A DNA stretch of 63,940 bases, the filler included, from an uncultured bacterium (GTDB lineage: Bacteria; Latescibacterota; UBA2968), in the NCBI GenBank assembly GCA_964471275.1. It is 3 parts of 3 records of this genome, joined end to end, with 100 filler letters (N's around TTAATTAATTAA, not from the genome) between each part and the next. Parts side by side here need not be neighbours in the genome. Positions count along the whole stretch, not along the records: positions 1 to 25,347 come from CAYYGZ010000039.1; 2 more parts are not named here. One strand, given 5' to 3'. How positions within the stretch are numbered: position 1 is the stretch's first letter; every line of letters starts with the position of its first letter. Shown here piece after piece: positions 1 to 10,790 of the stretch. The notes under the pieces are model-generated. The model made no database searches. It saw only the letters and a program-made list of their open reading frames with translations, and had not been told where the DNA came from. Both the position numbers and the translations under genes were made by a program.

Positions 1-47
1 TGATCGAAATGGAAACGTAGCACTCTTGGGGCCGCGGTAGGTGGGTA

Positions 48-671
48 TTAGTCTAGCGGTACACCGTCGAAAAACTCAACGATGCCGTTGGACAGCGAGT
101 AGTTGGCACCGATGATTCGCAAGCCGTCCTGGTCGATCATTTCCTGCAAGAGTGGTGACCCCTGGCGAAGTTTTTCTGCTGAGGCCCTCACATTTGCTCG
201 TATCGACTCGTTCACGAGCGCGTCTCTGGTCTTGAGTTCGCCGTCCATCACTTCCTCCACGGACGGTCGAATCCTGTCGACGATGGACTTGATGCTCGGC
301 GTGAGATCACTCGTCGGTTTTTGGAGTTCCTCCACGGCTGCTGTTACGGCTCCACATTGTGAATGCCCCATGACGGCGACAAGCCGTGACCCGAGGTGAG
401 CGGCCGCATACTCAACGCTTCCGATCAGGGCAGGACCGATCACATTTCCGGCGACACGGATGACAAACAGTTCTCCGAGCCCCTGGTCAAAGATGATTTC
501 TACGGGAACGCGCGAGTCTGAACAGCCGAGGATGACTGCAAAGGGGGATTGCCCCAACATCAGCTGGGCTCTTTGCACGTGGCTGGAATGCGAGTCGGTC
601 CTGGGTCTGTTCCCCACGAATCGTGCATTCCCCTCACGAAGGCGGTCCAATGCTTCACGAGCCGATATCAT
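48..671 (-). CDS. beta-class carbonic anhydrase
   Basis: Zn-ligand motifs GCSDSRVP and GHSQCGAV; RVAGN; N-terminal LREGNARF. Confidence 0.95.
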   Translation of the reverse strand: MISAREALDRLREGNARFVGNRPRTDSHSSHVQRAQLMLGQSPFAVILGCSDSRVPVEIIFDQGLGELFVIRVAGNVIGPALIGSVEYAAAHLGSRLVAVMGHSQCGAVTAAVEELQKPTSDLTPSIKSIVDRIRPSVEEVMDGELKTRDALVNESIRANVRASAEKLRQGSPLLQEMIDQDGLRIIGANYSLSNGIVEFFDGVPLD

Positions 672-740
672 CTGCTACCTTTCAGTGGTTTCACCGACGG
701 GATACGTGGATGTTCTCGGTCTGACACAGCCGCGCACCCG

Positions 741-1796
741 TTAAGCCAGGATGGGTGTGAGATCGACATACCGAGCCTCCACCTTGTCATCAGCGACAGC
801 TTGCCAGAAGTATAGTCGTTTCCCGTTTCGACCAAAGGCTGGATTGACGTGGAAACGTCTACCCCAGGTCAAGCTGGCGAAGGAATGTGAAAAACAGAGC
901 GCCCGCGGTCGTTCCTCGCCTCGGCGATAGATGGCCATCTCGATTGGTGACGCGAAGTATTCACACGTCTCCCCGGCATACCATTTCCGATCGGGTGAGG
1001 CTGCCCCGTGGGATATCGGTCCAGCTAACGGTTCGACCATCTCGCCACGCAGGTTCCAACGGAAATAGTGACTGTCTTTCCCTGCCGGTGCAGCGCGTTT
1101 CCAGACCCCCATGATCGTGTCATTATTGAACCACAGTTGGTGGACGGGCTTCTGCGCCGGGTAGACGCAGAGTTCCGATCCATCCGGCCGCATGGTCAGC
1201 ATATCGGTGGCCGGCCCGTGGAGACGGAAGCCGATCCGTGATCCGTCGGGGTTGTACTGGAGATGCTTGATCGAGAACGACCCGATTCGACTCCCAGTTG
1301 CAGCTTCGGTACACGCTCTGATCTGTGCCGTTGATGTCAGCTGATCGACGGTTCCCGTGTCAGCATCAATTACGAATACGGCGTCCTGGCCATCCTTGTT
1401 GAGGCTCCAGAATAGAAGACGGGGACCAAGGGCACTGTGGCCCAGATCTCCGCACCAGGGGCCTGACAGATGCGGGCTCGAATCGATGTCGATGATCTGG
1501 ATTTCGGAACCGGCGCTGTATGCGATACGATCGTTGTCGATCCAGGAAGCCCGCGAAGCATTGTGGATAGGCTTGATTCGGAAATCGGTGAGCTTGCGAT
1601 GGTTGGCAAGGTTGTGATCGCAGATCCAGAGCTGACCGGATACCGGCGCCTTGTCGTTTGGTGCCGGAGTTCTGAGGAAGCGCGTGTAGCAGATCCGCTT
1701 GCCGTCCGGGCTTTCGGGTGATGTCCCGAAGATGCCGAACGTCGTTGTCTCGGGACCATTCCATACCGGTTGGCTTTCGAGGCGGATCGGGTCCAT
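741..1796 (-). CDS. beta-propeller protein (TolB/oligogalacturonate lyase-like)
   Basis: Repeated SPDG/NPDG/SPDR blade motifs; C-terminal HVNPAFGRNGKRLYF; start placed at MDPIRL 4 nt after the upstream stop. Confidence 0.6.
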   Translation of the reverse strand: MDPIRLESQPVWNGPETTTFGIFGTSPESPDGKRICYTRFLRTPAPNDKAPVSGQLWICDHNLANHRKLTDFRIKPIHNASRASWIDNDRIAYSAGSEIQIIDIDSSPHLSGPWCGDLGHSALGPRLLFWSLNKDGQDAVFVIDADTGTVDQLTSTAQIRACTEAATGSRIGSFSIKHLQYNPDGSRIGFRLHGPATDMLTMRPDGSELCVYPAQKPVHQLWFNNDTIMGVWKRAAPAGKDSHYFRWNLRGEMVEPLAGPISHGAASPDRKWYAGETCEYFASPIEMAIYRRGEERPRALCFSHSFASLTWGRRFHVNPAFGRNGKRLYFWQAVADDKVEARYVDLTPILA

Positions 1797-1800
1797 GCCG

Positions 1801-3390
1801 CTACGGCAGCTTGTCGAAGAAGGTGAGATCGGCATCGAAGTCATCCATCGCTTCGACCGTATCACCGCGCAGGCGTGTGCGGATGTCGCGTGAGCGGTGT
1901 TTCAGCACGATGTCCCGCGAAGGAAGTCCATAACGGAGTTCCAACTGCTTGCCAATCGGGTGATCGGCCAGGAATAGACCCCGCTCAATCAACCGGCCCT
2001 CAGGAACGGTACGGACAACGTCCCCAGGGTTTGCCCAGGAAGGGATGCGGACCCAAAGCGGACCCGGTTTCTTGAGTGTTACACCGAACATATCGTGCGT
2101 GTAGTTCGATTCCACCTGAATGGCATCCGTCTCGTGATCGAAAAGCAGGCTGATGTGGTGACCCGTTTTGTCGTAGCGGGCAGCATCCCGGTAGACCTCG
2201 CAGAGAGATCCTACGCCTCCGCCGACAATGTCGAGATTGAAGCTGACGTTTTCGCAACCGACCGGTTCGTGTCCGTAGGGCGCGGGGAATCCGAAGGCGC
2301 CCTGATGCCGAGCAGCGACATCGCGCAGTCCATCGACATTCTCCGGATTGTCCGGTTCGACGATGAAAGCGATATCGCGGAGCTGCGAGGGCAGGATGTG
2401 ACAGCGTGTGATGCGCTCGGCATCTTCGTAATATCCCGTGTAGCCGAATCGTCCCAGGATCAAGGCCGTCTCGACGATGTCACCGGTGTTGTTAATTTCT
2501 CCGCGGTCGAGATGGCCTTCGTGCTGAGCATCGCCGCTGCTCTCGATCACCCAACCGATCTGATCGGCGATTTGCCTCAGACCGTTGTCATAGAAAGCCT
2601 TCACTCGCTCGAGTAGAGGAACATCGTTTGTGAGCTCAGCCAGCTGCGCAAGCGATGACATCACGCATGTCGTGGAATGGGTGTGGGTACCGTGGCTGTC
2701 CCGGTCATAGCTCCCATCGCTGAGAAATGTGTCGGTGAGCAGACGCTCCTTGATGAGCACCGAGAGATCCAGCGCCGCGTGAGACTGTGTGACACGGAAG
2801 TATTTCACGAGTGGGCCAACGATGCGCGCAAGCCCGCTGACGAGTGTGCGCTCGTCGGGTTCGATACCATATCGCTGTTTGCATCGCGCCACGTCCCAAC
2901 CCGTTTCTGGCGACCAGAGTTCAAAGACGGTGGCGATGCACGCTTCCGCCAGGTCACGTGCACGGTCGTCCTGACGATACTTCACGAGCGCACAAAGCGC
3001 GTGGATGCCTTCGCGAAGGTTGTGCGTCCGGTAGTAGACCAGTGGACCGTCGACCTTCTCTCGATTAAGAGGAACAGGCAGATTGCCGCTGAATGAGAAG
3101 TATGCAGCCTCAGCGTGTTTGCGGATCGCGGACTCGTCGAGCTCGATACCGATCGCGTCTTCGGCGTTCAGGAGTGCGTTGAGGTGACGACCTGGAACGT
3201 GTGACTCGCTATGTGCACCGCTGAAACGAAGCCCGGCGTGCGGACGGACGGAGGATCCGAAGAAGGGGATGTCGCGGTCATCCGCGTTGAAGACGCTCTG
3301 CATGGTCTGACAGCCCAGACGGATTGCACCGGCCACGTCGGTGGTGTTGACGTCTTTGAGTTGACCGTAACGCTCGCTTTTCGTCGACAT
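1801..3390 (-). CDS. GH127/GH146-like (alpha/alpha)6 protein, divergent
   Basis: GEINNTGDIVETALILG...YYEDAERITRCHILPSQ and WVRIPSWA resemble the GH127 core and C-terminal beta domain; catalytic Cys not evident. Confidence 0.55.
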   Translation of the reverse strand: MSTKSERYGQLKDVNTTDVAGAIRLGCQTMQSVFNADDRDIPFFGSSVRPHAGLRFSGAHSESHVPGRHLNALLNAEDAIGIELDESAIRKHAEAAYFSFSGNLPVPLNREKVDGPLVYYRTHNLREGIHALCALVKYRQDDRARDLAEACIATVFELWSPETGWDVARCKQRYGIEPDERTLVSGLARIVGPLVKYFRVTQSHAALDLSVLIKERLLTDTFLSDGSYDRDSHGTHTHSTTCVMSSLAQLAELTNDVPLLERVKAFYDNGLRQIADQIGWVIESSGDAQHEGHLDRGEINNTGDIVETALILGRFGYTGYYEDAERITRCHILPSQLRDIAFIVEPDNPENVDGLRDVAARHQGAFGFPAPYGHEPVGCENVSFNLDIVGGGVGSLCEVYRDAARYDKTGHHISLLFDHETDAIQVESNYTHDMFGVTLKKPGPLWVRIPSWANPGDVVRTVPEGRLIERGLFLADHPIGKQLELRYGLPSRDIVLKHRSRDIRTRLRGDTVEAMDDFDADLTFFDKLP

Positions 3391-3450
3391 ATGTCAAATC
3401 ATCCTCCAGATGGTGTTCCGCTTCCTCTCCAGAGCTATCAACTCATCCCG

Positions 3451-3951
3451 CTAGGCAACGGCCAGTGGCTTCTGCATAAACATCTCACACACAGAGCCAA
3501 CCGCTATTTTGCCGTCATACGGTCTGAAGCCCATTTTTTCGTAGAATCGCGCCGCGCGATCGTTGCCCCCGGAGACGCCAAGGATGATCTGCTCTGATCC
3601 CCGGTCGAAGGACCAGACCTCGATCTGCGCAATCAACCGGGACGCGACATCGGTCCCTCGATAATCCTCCTGTACCCACATCGATACGAGTTTGCTCACA
3701 CGTGGGTTATCCGTAGGAGTGATTCCTCCCGCAATCCCCACCCCACGATCCCCATCGAGGGCTATGATGCAGACACTTTCCTTACCTTCTGCCCCCTGGT
3801 CGGCACGTTCCTTCCACTTTGCTTCGGAGAAGGCGATCTCGCGTTCGTATTTGTTCGATCCGAACGCATACGGCGCGTCCTGCAGGGCCGCGAGTCTTGT
3901 CGATCGGTAGAGTTTCCACTCGCCATTTCCCAATTGCCGAACATCAATCAC
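3451..3951 (-). CDS. GNAT family N-acetyltransferase
   Basis: SMWVQEDYRGTDVA acetyl-CoA motif; NDRAARFYEKMGF. Confidence 0.9.
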   Translation of the reverse strand: MIDVRQLGNGEWKLYRSTRLAALQDAPYAFGSNKYEREIAFSEAKWKERADQGAEGKESVCIIALDGDRGVGIAGGITPTDNPRVSKLVSMWVQEDYRGTDVASRLIAQIEVWSFDRGSEQIILGVSGGNDRAARFYEKMGFRPYDGKIAVGSVCEMFMQKPLAVA

Positions 3952-4041
3952 GTGTCAATCTCCGTGCTTCACCTACTGCAACAGGGAATGGACGAACAAG
4001 CCCGTCCATGGTGTCGAACCGAAGAACCCACGTGGTCGACG

Positions 4042-5088
4042 CTAGATGTCCTGTGGGTAGCTCAGGCCAATTTGCGCACGCCACTCATCCAGCAATCGGA
4101 TGTTTCCTTTGCTGTCCGCCCAGCTCATGGCCGGCGCCTGCCGTCCGGTGATGTGATCGGCGACCGTATCTGCCTCGTAAGTGAAGAGGTCGCGATCGAC
4201 GTCTATGACGATCACTTCCGTTTCCCCTTTCCGAGTCAGATGAATCTCGCTAGATGGGATAGGCGTATTCAATGGAAGGGCCTCCCTGGCGGAGCGACAG
4301 GGAGTAGAGGGGAGCCACGGGTTAGGAATCGTGAGGATTCCTTCCGCGCCGAAGGCTGTGATCTCCGCCGTTATGTTGCAGGCGATGGCCGTGCTGATTT
4401 GCGCAACCACGTCGTTCTCGAACCTAAGGGTAGCCGATGCGTAGTAGTCGACGCCCGATTCTCCGATCACACCAGAAGCCTTGACTTCAATAGGGTCCAG
4501 AAAAATCTGGCCGGATGCCGCACCGGCGACGCGTCGAGCAGCGGATGCCGGGTAGCAGCCAACGTCCATAATCCCGCCGCCGGCGAGGTCGTGATTGTAT
4601 GCGCGTGAATCCGGGTTGAAGGATGCGTGATAGCCGAAGGCAGACCGGACCACGCGCACGTCACCGATCGCTCCTTCCTGTATCAGATCCGCCATCCGCT
4701 GCATCTGTGGGTGACAGCGATACATAAAGGCCTCCATGAGGAAGACGTCGTTCGCACGGGCAGCCTCGATCATCTGTGAAACTTCACCGGCGTTCATGCC
4801 CATCGGTTTCTCGACGAGGATGTGCTTGCCGGCTTCTGCGACCTTTATGACGCACTCCAGGTGTGCGGGGTGAATTGTCGATACGTAAACGGCGTCGATG
4901 GTCGCGTCTGACAGCAGGGACTCATACGAGTCGTGTATCGTTGCGATCGAGAACAGTTCAGCGAACTTCTCAGCCTTCGCTCGTTCTCGACTAGCGACTG
5001 CCGTTGCCTTGCCTGTCTTGGAGAAGCGCAGCCCGTTACAGAAGACACGGGCAATGTTGCCAGGTCCGATTATGCCCCAGTTAATCAT
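4042..5088 (-). CDS. Gfo/Idh/MocA family oxidoreductase
   Basis: INWGIIGPGNIA Rossmann start; GKHILVEKP; GGGIMDVGCYP. Confidence 0.93.
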   Translation of the reverse strand: MINWGIIGPGNIARVFCNGLRFSKTGKATAVASRERAKAEKFAELFSIATIHDSYESLLSDATIDAVYVSTIHPAHLECVIKVAEAGKHILVEKPMGMNAGEVSQMIEAARANDVFLMEAFMYRCHPQMQRMADLIQEGAIGDVRVVRSAFGYHASFNPDSRAYNHDLAGGGIMDVGCYPASAARRVAGAASGQIFLDPIEVKASGVIGESGVDYYASATLRFENDVVAQISTAIACNITAEITAFGAEGILTIPNPWLPSTPCRSAREALPLNTPIPSSEIHLTRKGETEVIVIDVDRDLFTYEADTVADHITGRQAPAMSWADSKGNIRLLDEWRAQIGLSYPQDI

Positions 5089-5312
5089 TACGATCCTCTC
5101 AGGAAAGACAGATAATGGCCATTGAAGGCACGGAGAAGCATTCCGGACAAAGCCCCAAGTGAGCTGCACAGCTCGCTATTCAGCGCCATCACCCATCCGC
5201 GTCTTCTGTCGTGCCAAGGTTCAGGATCTCTAATTGTGTATGTGAATTCGGCGATTGTCTACACAAGTTCGTGTTTCGCAACAATCACGGGGAAGACGAG
5301 ATTCGATGATGT

Positions 5313-5428
5313 ACCAAGGCGCCGAAGGTGTTCGCTGACCTGGGACTGCCGCCCCAGGCTATCGATCAGTCGCCTCATCCGGGGGTGAAATCCGTGATCT
5401 TCTTTGTGTTCTTGGCATCCTTGGCGGT
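5313..5428. repeat. degenerate 9-mer tandem repeat element with inverted arms
   Basis: ACCAAGGCGCCGAAG at 5313-5327 and CTTTGTGTT/CTTGGCATC/CTTGGCGGT at 5402-5428. Confidence 0.45.
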
Positions 5429-5488
5429 CAACTGCTCTTTGGTTATCGGTCTCAGACCGGGCTGTGTTTTCCGCAGCTGAGATTTCTG

Positions 5489-6253
5489 CTACTGCGCCGT
5501 CAGGCCACCGTCAACCGGGATGAGGGCACCCGTCATGAAAGATGAGGCGGGCTGGCTCAGAAAATAGACGACTTCGGCAATTTCGGAAGGCTCTGCGACG
5601 CGGCCGATTGGGAGGCGCTCGGCTTCGGCAGCCCAGGCGGCGTCAGTGTCGCCACCGAAGTGCTTGTCAGCAAGCCATTGGAAGACGTGGTCAGTCAACG
5701 GTGTCTTTACTGTTGCAGGGCAGATGGCGTTGACGCGGATGCCAAAGGGGCTGAGAGCGACGGCGAGGCTCTTTGCCATTGATGCGACTGCTCCCTTTGT
5801 CGCGCCTTAGACGATAGATCCCTCTTTGCCGACGAGCGCCTGGTCTGATGCCATGAGAACAATCGTGCCTCCCGCTTTTGCATCTCGCATCAGTGCCACT
5901 GTCTCAGACACGGTGTAGAGCGCGCCCTTCAGGTTGACATCGATGATCATATCGATGTCATCATCTTTCATTTCGAAGATGCCCTGCAGTTTCTGTATTC
6001 CCGCGTTCACGAACAAAGTTGTGGGTGACCCCAATTCATCCGCAGCCCTGCTTATGGATTTCCGCACAGCACCTCGGAAGCGCACATCCGTTTCGTAGTA
6101 GCTGGCCGAGCCGCTGTCGACATCTGCCGCCAGTTTCTGTACGGCTTCCTCATTGACATCGAAGACTGCGACGTCGTCTCCGTGGGAAGCGAACTTGCGG
6201 ACGGTTGCTGCACCGATGCCGGTTGCACCGCCAGTTATGTATACGGATGGCAT
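5489..6253 (-). pseudogene. SDR family oxidoreductase with an in-frame TAA
   Basis: TGGATGIG, NAG and NLKG motifs; ORFs 5807..6325 and 5489..5779 are in one frame, reading GSIV*GATK, so the stop at 5807-5809 occupies the YxxxK Tyr. Confidence 0.88.
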
Positions 6254-6424
6254 ATATCTGCTCTTCTTTGTAGACGCGATTGCCGATTGGGTTGTAAGAC
6301 TAACCCCCACAGGTAAATAACGCACCAGAAAAATCAGTAAGAACGTTGCGAAGTCTTGTAACGTGTGAGATGCTGAATGTCGAGGTCCGATGGTGCAGGA
6401 ATCAGCCTCTCAAGTGTGTGCAGC

Positions 6425-8017
6425 CTAAGTTCGGCATAATCCGAACTTCTTTATTCGAGAGGCGAGCGTAGTGGGACGAATGCCGAGGAGTTCGGCGGTG
6501 CCCCCGGGACCGTAGATCTTCCAGCCCGTGCGGTCCAGGGCGGCTCGCAGGTTCTTCTTCTGTAGCTCGACCAGCTGATCTTCGGTCATGATGCCGTCAT
6601 TCGCGACGGGCTCGGCGCCCAGAACCAGATGCGTAGTGGGAGGGGTGAGGCTGACCAGGTCGATCCGCAGCGTGTCATCGGGTGAGGTGATGATGCCCCG
6701 TTCGATCACATTCTGGAGTTCGCGAACGTTCCCTGGCCAGTCATACATCTGCAGTCGAGTGAGGACAGCTTCACCGAGCTGCGGAGGGACGCGGCCCAGG
6801 CGTTGCGAAACAGTATCGATGAAGTGTGATGCGAGAAGTGGGATGTCCTCTCTTCGATTCCTCAACGGGGCGACCTCGAGTGGGAAGACATTGAGTCTGA
6901 AGTAAAGATCTTTACGGAAGCGATCGGCGTTGACCTCAGCCTTCAGATCGCGGTTGGTCGCGGCCATGACACGCACATCCGCCGATCGGGTCGTGTCTTC
7001 ACCGACACGTTCGAATTCCCCTTCCTGCAGTACTCGGAGCAGCTTGACCTGAAGTGACATCGGAATCTCACCGACCTCGTCCAGGAAGATGGTACCGCCT
7101 TCCGCTGCCTCGAAACGACCAGCCCGGTCACGGATGGCCTCCGTGAATGTTCCCCTGGCGTGGCCGAAGAATTCGGACTCAAAAAGCTTGTGCGGTATGG
7201 ACGCGCAGTTGACCTTTATGAGCGGTGCCTCGCCTCTCGAGCTGCGATGATGGATCTCTCGGCAACCAGCTCCTTTCCCGTTCCCGATTCACCTAGAATC
7301 AGCACGGTGGCGTCTGTGGGCGCGACCAGCTCGACCTGCTTCATGGTGTGACACAGGGGGAGACTTTGGCCAATGATGTTGCCAAAGTCGTTCGACTCAG
7401 AAACCTCCTGCCGGAGAAACGTGTTCTCGAGTTCGAGCTGTTCCCGGAGACGATCGATTTCTTCGAAAGCTCTGGAGTTGGAGATTGCTGCGGCCGCGTG
7501 GTCTGCGATCATCCTCAACCAAGTCAGCCACTCCTCCTCAAGCGTGATCCGTGTGAAGACGGAGAGAACACCGAGCACTTTGTTCTTGTGGATCAGAGGC
7601 TGACCACCAAATCCGCGTAGATCTTCTTTGTCCGCCCATCCACGTATTGTCTTCTCTGATGTCGGATACTTCCAGCGGTCTTCCGGTTTCTGCGATTTGT
7701 CCGACCTTGCGCTGACCGATTGCGAATTGACGAAATTGACTGTCCTCTACGTTGTCCCAGGCAGATCCGTCCCTCGAACGTCCGGAACTCGCGACAAGAT
7801 GCAGACACTCTGTCCGGGAGGGATCTTGTTCCAGGCACTCCTCACAGATAGATTTCGTGAGCCAGATTCGGCAGAGAGCGACCTGCGGGGATCGGGTGAG
7901 CCGATCTACGACCAGCTGTAAGACGGAATCGCAGGATCGCTCCTTGGCCATGTCGAGCAGCAAATTTTTGAGTGGGTCGAACTTTGGCTTGTAGCGGAGC
8001 GCTTTGGACACGGGCAT
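6425..8017 (-). pseudogene. GAF + sigma54-interaction AAA+ + HTH activator (FhlA-like), frameshifted
   Basis: GESGTGKEL Walker [30 protein letters not shown] and C-terminal HTH, spread over several frames; GAFTGA reads GTFTEA. Confidence 0.88.
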
Positions 8018-8114
8018 ACCTTTGCTTAGACTGGCTGAAGCAGGAAGAAGATGCGCTGCTCACGGTGGGGTGGGGCAGGGATGGCCTCGGGTACTTTCTC
8101 TACGACAGTCAACG

Positions 8115-8150
8115 TGCAACAATATTTCGTTGCATTCACGAATTTTCGTG
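8115..8150. promoter_or_regulatory. putative upstream activator sequences (two palindromes)
   Basis: TGCAAC-N8-GTTGCA (8115-8134) and CACGAA-TT-TTCGTG (8137-8150), 80-110 nt upstream of a sigma54 promoter. Confidence 0.5.
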
Positions 8151-8227
8151 GGGCTTTCCTGGGAATGAAGTGTGTTAGTGTAGTATAAAAGATTTAAAAA
8201 CAACCAGTTGTGTAAATTACGTATCAG

Positions 8228-8243
8228 TGGCATCAGCGTTGCG
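8228..8243 (+). promoter_or_regulatory. sigma54 (-24/-12) promoter
   Basis: TGGCATCAGCGTTGCG fits GG-N10-GC; divergent from a sigma54 activator; AT-rich tract at about 8170-8222 upstream. Confidence 0.7.
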
Positions 8244-8269
8244 ATGGCCTCCCAGCGAAATGAACGAGA

Positions 8270-8495
8270 AAACCACATCTATCTGGCTCTTCAGCTACGG
8301 AAACGATGGATCAATAAGGTGATCGTTGCGGAGATGTCGGCCAACCTGTGTACTGCATCGCATATGCGTGAACTCGTAGAACAAGACTTTGAGGTGGCGG
8401 TCGTTAGGGATGCAACTGCCACTGCCAAGGTTCCGGAAGGCGATGGGTATCAGGCAGGAGTCGTAAATTTCCGGTTTATCGCCAGCGCAGTCTGA
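8270..8495 (+). pseudogene. isochorismatase/cysteine hydrolase C-terminal remnant
   Basis: LALQLRKRWINKVIVAEMSANLCTASHMREL...VVRDATA matches the family C-terminal half; N-terminal half absent. Confidence 0.7.
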
Positions 8496-8620
8496 CCAAT
8501 CCAGAAGTGCGTTGAGGCGATCGAATCTGCCGTCGCGTCCCGGTAAAACCGAATAGAGAAGCCGCCAGGCAGATGATCAGTGGTTGATCAGGCGGAAAAC
8601 CCTTATGCCCGAGTAGTGCC

Positions 8621-9106
8621 TCACACTTCGAGTGTGATCAATTCGGGGTCGAATCCGTCAGAGGTGACGGTGAGGATTGCCATCGAAACCGGTAGGGAAA
8701 AGCGCCGGGGGCCGATACTGCCAGGATTCAGGTAGATGACCTTGTTTCTTTCCTCGATCCCGGGCGTGTGGGAATGTCCCGAGATGACAAGCTGAAAGCC
8801 GGCGGCCGATGGATCAATATCAATGTTCTGCACGATGTGGCGCAGGTAGATCAGGCGACCACCGATGTAGACGATCTCGGACAGCGGGAGCGACTCACCG
8901 AATCCGCCGCGGTCGACGTTCCCGCGGACGACGATCGTCGGCGCGAGCGACTTGAGCTCGTCGAGGATCGCCGGTCTGTCAACATCCCCCGCGTGCAGAA
9001 TGAGCGGAGCTGTTTCGAGGAGAGCCTTCGCTTCCGGTCGCAGCAGACCGTGTGTATCTGAAATCACGGGGATCCGTGTGGTTTCCGGGAGGTCGAAATC
9101 AGGCAC
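8621..9106 (-). CDS. metallophosphoesterase (YfcE-like)
   Basis: ISDTHG, HAGD, VRGNVD, GHSH and NPGS motifs. Confidence 0.92.
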   Translation of the reverse strand: MPDFDLPETTRIPVISDTHGLLRPEAKALLETAPLILHAGDVDRPAILDELKSLAPTIVVRGNVDRGGFGESLPLSEIVYIGGRLIYLRHIVQNIDIDPSAAGFQLVISGHSHTPGIEERNKVIYLNPGSIGPRRFSLPVSMAILTVTSDGFDPELITLEV

Positions 9107-9215
9107 GCTTGTCTGCTTCCTGTCGATTAACCAGTCTTGTGACCGCCAAGCAGGGCAAGATTGATGCCGAGACGAGGAGTCAGTGTACAGATAGGACGGT
9201 CCCAGCCAATGCGGA

Positions 9216-10790
9216 TCAGCTGATGATGTAGCCCTGCGCCAGATCTCTGAACACTCGGATCTGTTCGGAGACCCAGTTTTGATCGCGATTCAGCTCCGTA
9301 GCCATTAATTCACCGACCAACTCTGCGGATTCGGAGGACGCCTTTGCGTCGAAGAGCAGTGAACGTGACCTTCGTGCAAGTACATCGTCGATGGTTCTCG
9401 CCATTTCACAGCGACACGCCCAGACAACCTCAGCTCGCGTCGTGCTCAGGTCTGCGTGTATCGTCTCCGCAAGACCGGGCCTATCCGCGGCCAGGGATTC
9501 TATGTCGGACGCGTCGGAACCGTAGAAGGAGAGTCGACCTTCTGTGCGTAGAGTCTCCTCGTGGCCGTGGATCCTGAGCGACTCGGTCTGGCAGGGCACT
9601 GGCTGCAGTTCACCCAGGATGCTGGCCTGATCGACCACGTCTTCGGCCATCTTGCGGTATGTCGTCCATTTTCCGCCGACGACGGTCATCATACCCGAAT
9701 CGGGATCGATCAGGATCGTGTGGTCGCGTGAGAGGGCAGACGTGCTGTCGCTGCTTCCTGCTCTGACGAGCGGACGGATCCCAGCAAAGACACTCTTGAT
9801 TTCCTCACGCGACGCAGGTCGGGTAAGATACCGGTTTGCCGTTTCGAGGATGAAATCGATCTCCTGCGCGAACGGTTCTGGTTCGAGTGTGATCTCGTCG
9901 ATCGGAGTGTCGGTTGTCCCGATGACGGCAACGTCATACCAGGGGATCGCGAACATGACCCTGCCGTCATCCGTATGCGGAACCATGATCGCAGAATTGC
10001 TTGGGATAAATGATCGATCCAGGACGATGTGCACGCCCTGACTGGGCGTGACAATCGGTTCGACATCTGCCTGGTCGAGTCGTCTGACAGCGTCGGCCTG
10101 GGGACCTGTTGCATTGACGACGACCTTACCCGGAACCTCGATTGATTCGCCGGTTTCGCCATCCACGACTATCACGCCCCGTGCGACACCCTCCGGATCC
10201 TTGCTGATGGCTGTGACACCGGTGTAGTTGGTGATTGTCGCGCCCTGTTCTACAGCCGTCATTGCCAGGCTGATCGCGAGTCTCGCATCGTCGAACTGAC
10301 CGTCGAAGTAGCGTGTTCCGCCACGCAATCCCTCGGTCTGTATGGACGGGATCTCTTCGATGACTTTCTTGCGAGTTAGATGTTTGGAACGTCCGAACCC
10401 GTACTTGCCCGCCAACAGATCGTAGACTTTGAGTCCGATGCCGTAGAAGGGAGATTCCCACCACTCATAGCTCGGGATGATGAAGGCGAGGTCGCTGACG
10501 AGGTGTGGCGCGTTGTGGAGCAGCCGTCCCCGTTCGCTGAGTGCCTCCATGACGAGTGAGACGTTGCCTTGCTGTAGGTAGCGAACGCCCCCGTGTACCA
10601 GCTTGGTCGATCGACTGGACGTTCCTTTGGCGAAGTCGGCTTGCTCGAAGAGGACAACGTCGTAGCCGCGTGAGGCCGCGTCGACGGCAGCGCCGAGACC
10701 GGTCGCGCCGCCGCCAATGATAATGATGTCCCACGGCGACCTGTGCGCTCGGATTCTGTCCAGAGAAGCGTCTCGATCCATCCCCGTCAC
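9216..10790 (-). CDS. glpD: FAD-dependent glycerol-3-phosphate dehydrogenase
   Basis: [37 protein letters not shown]; overlaps glpK stop. Confidence 0.95.
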   Translation of the reverse strand: MTGMDRDASLDRIRAHRSPWDIIIIGGGATGLGAAVDAASRGYDVVLFEQADFAKGTSSRSTKLVHGGVRYLQQGNVSLVMEALSERGRLLHNAPHLVSDLAFIIPSYEWWESPFYGIGLKVYDLLAGKYGFGRSKHLTRKKVIEEIPSIQTEGLRGGTRYFDGQFDDARLAISLAMTAVEQGATITNYTGVTAISKDPEGVARGVIVVDGETGESIEVPGKVVVNATGPQADAVRRLDQADVEPIVTPSQGVHIVLDRSFIPSNSAIMVPHTDDGRVMFAIPWYDVAVIGTTDTPIDEITLEPEPFAQEIDFILETANRYLTRPASREEIKSVFAGIRPLVRAGSSDSTSALSRDHTILIDPDSGMMTVVGGKWTTYRKMAEDVVDQASILGELQPVPCQTESLRIHGHEETLRTEGRLSFYGSDASDIESLAADRPGLAETIHADLSTTRAEVVWACRCEMARTIDDVLARRSRSLLFDAKASSESAELVGELMATELNRDQNWVSEQIRVFRDLAQGYIIS

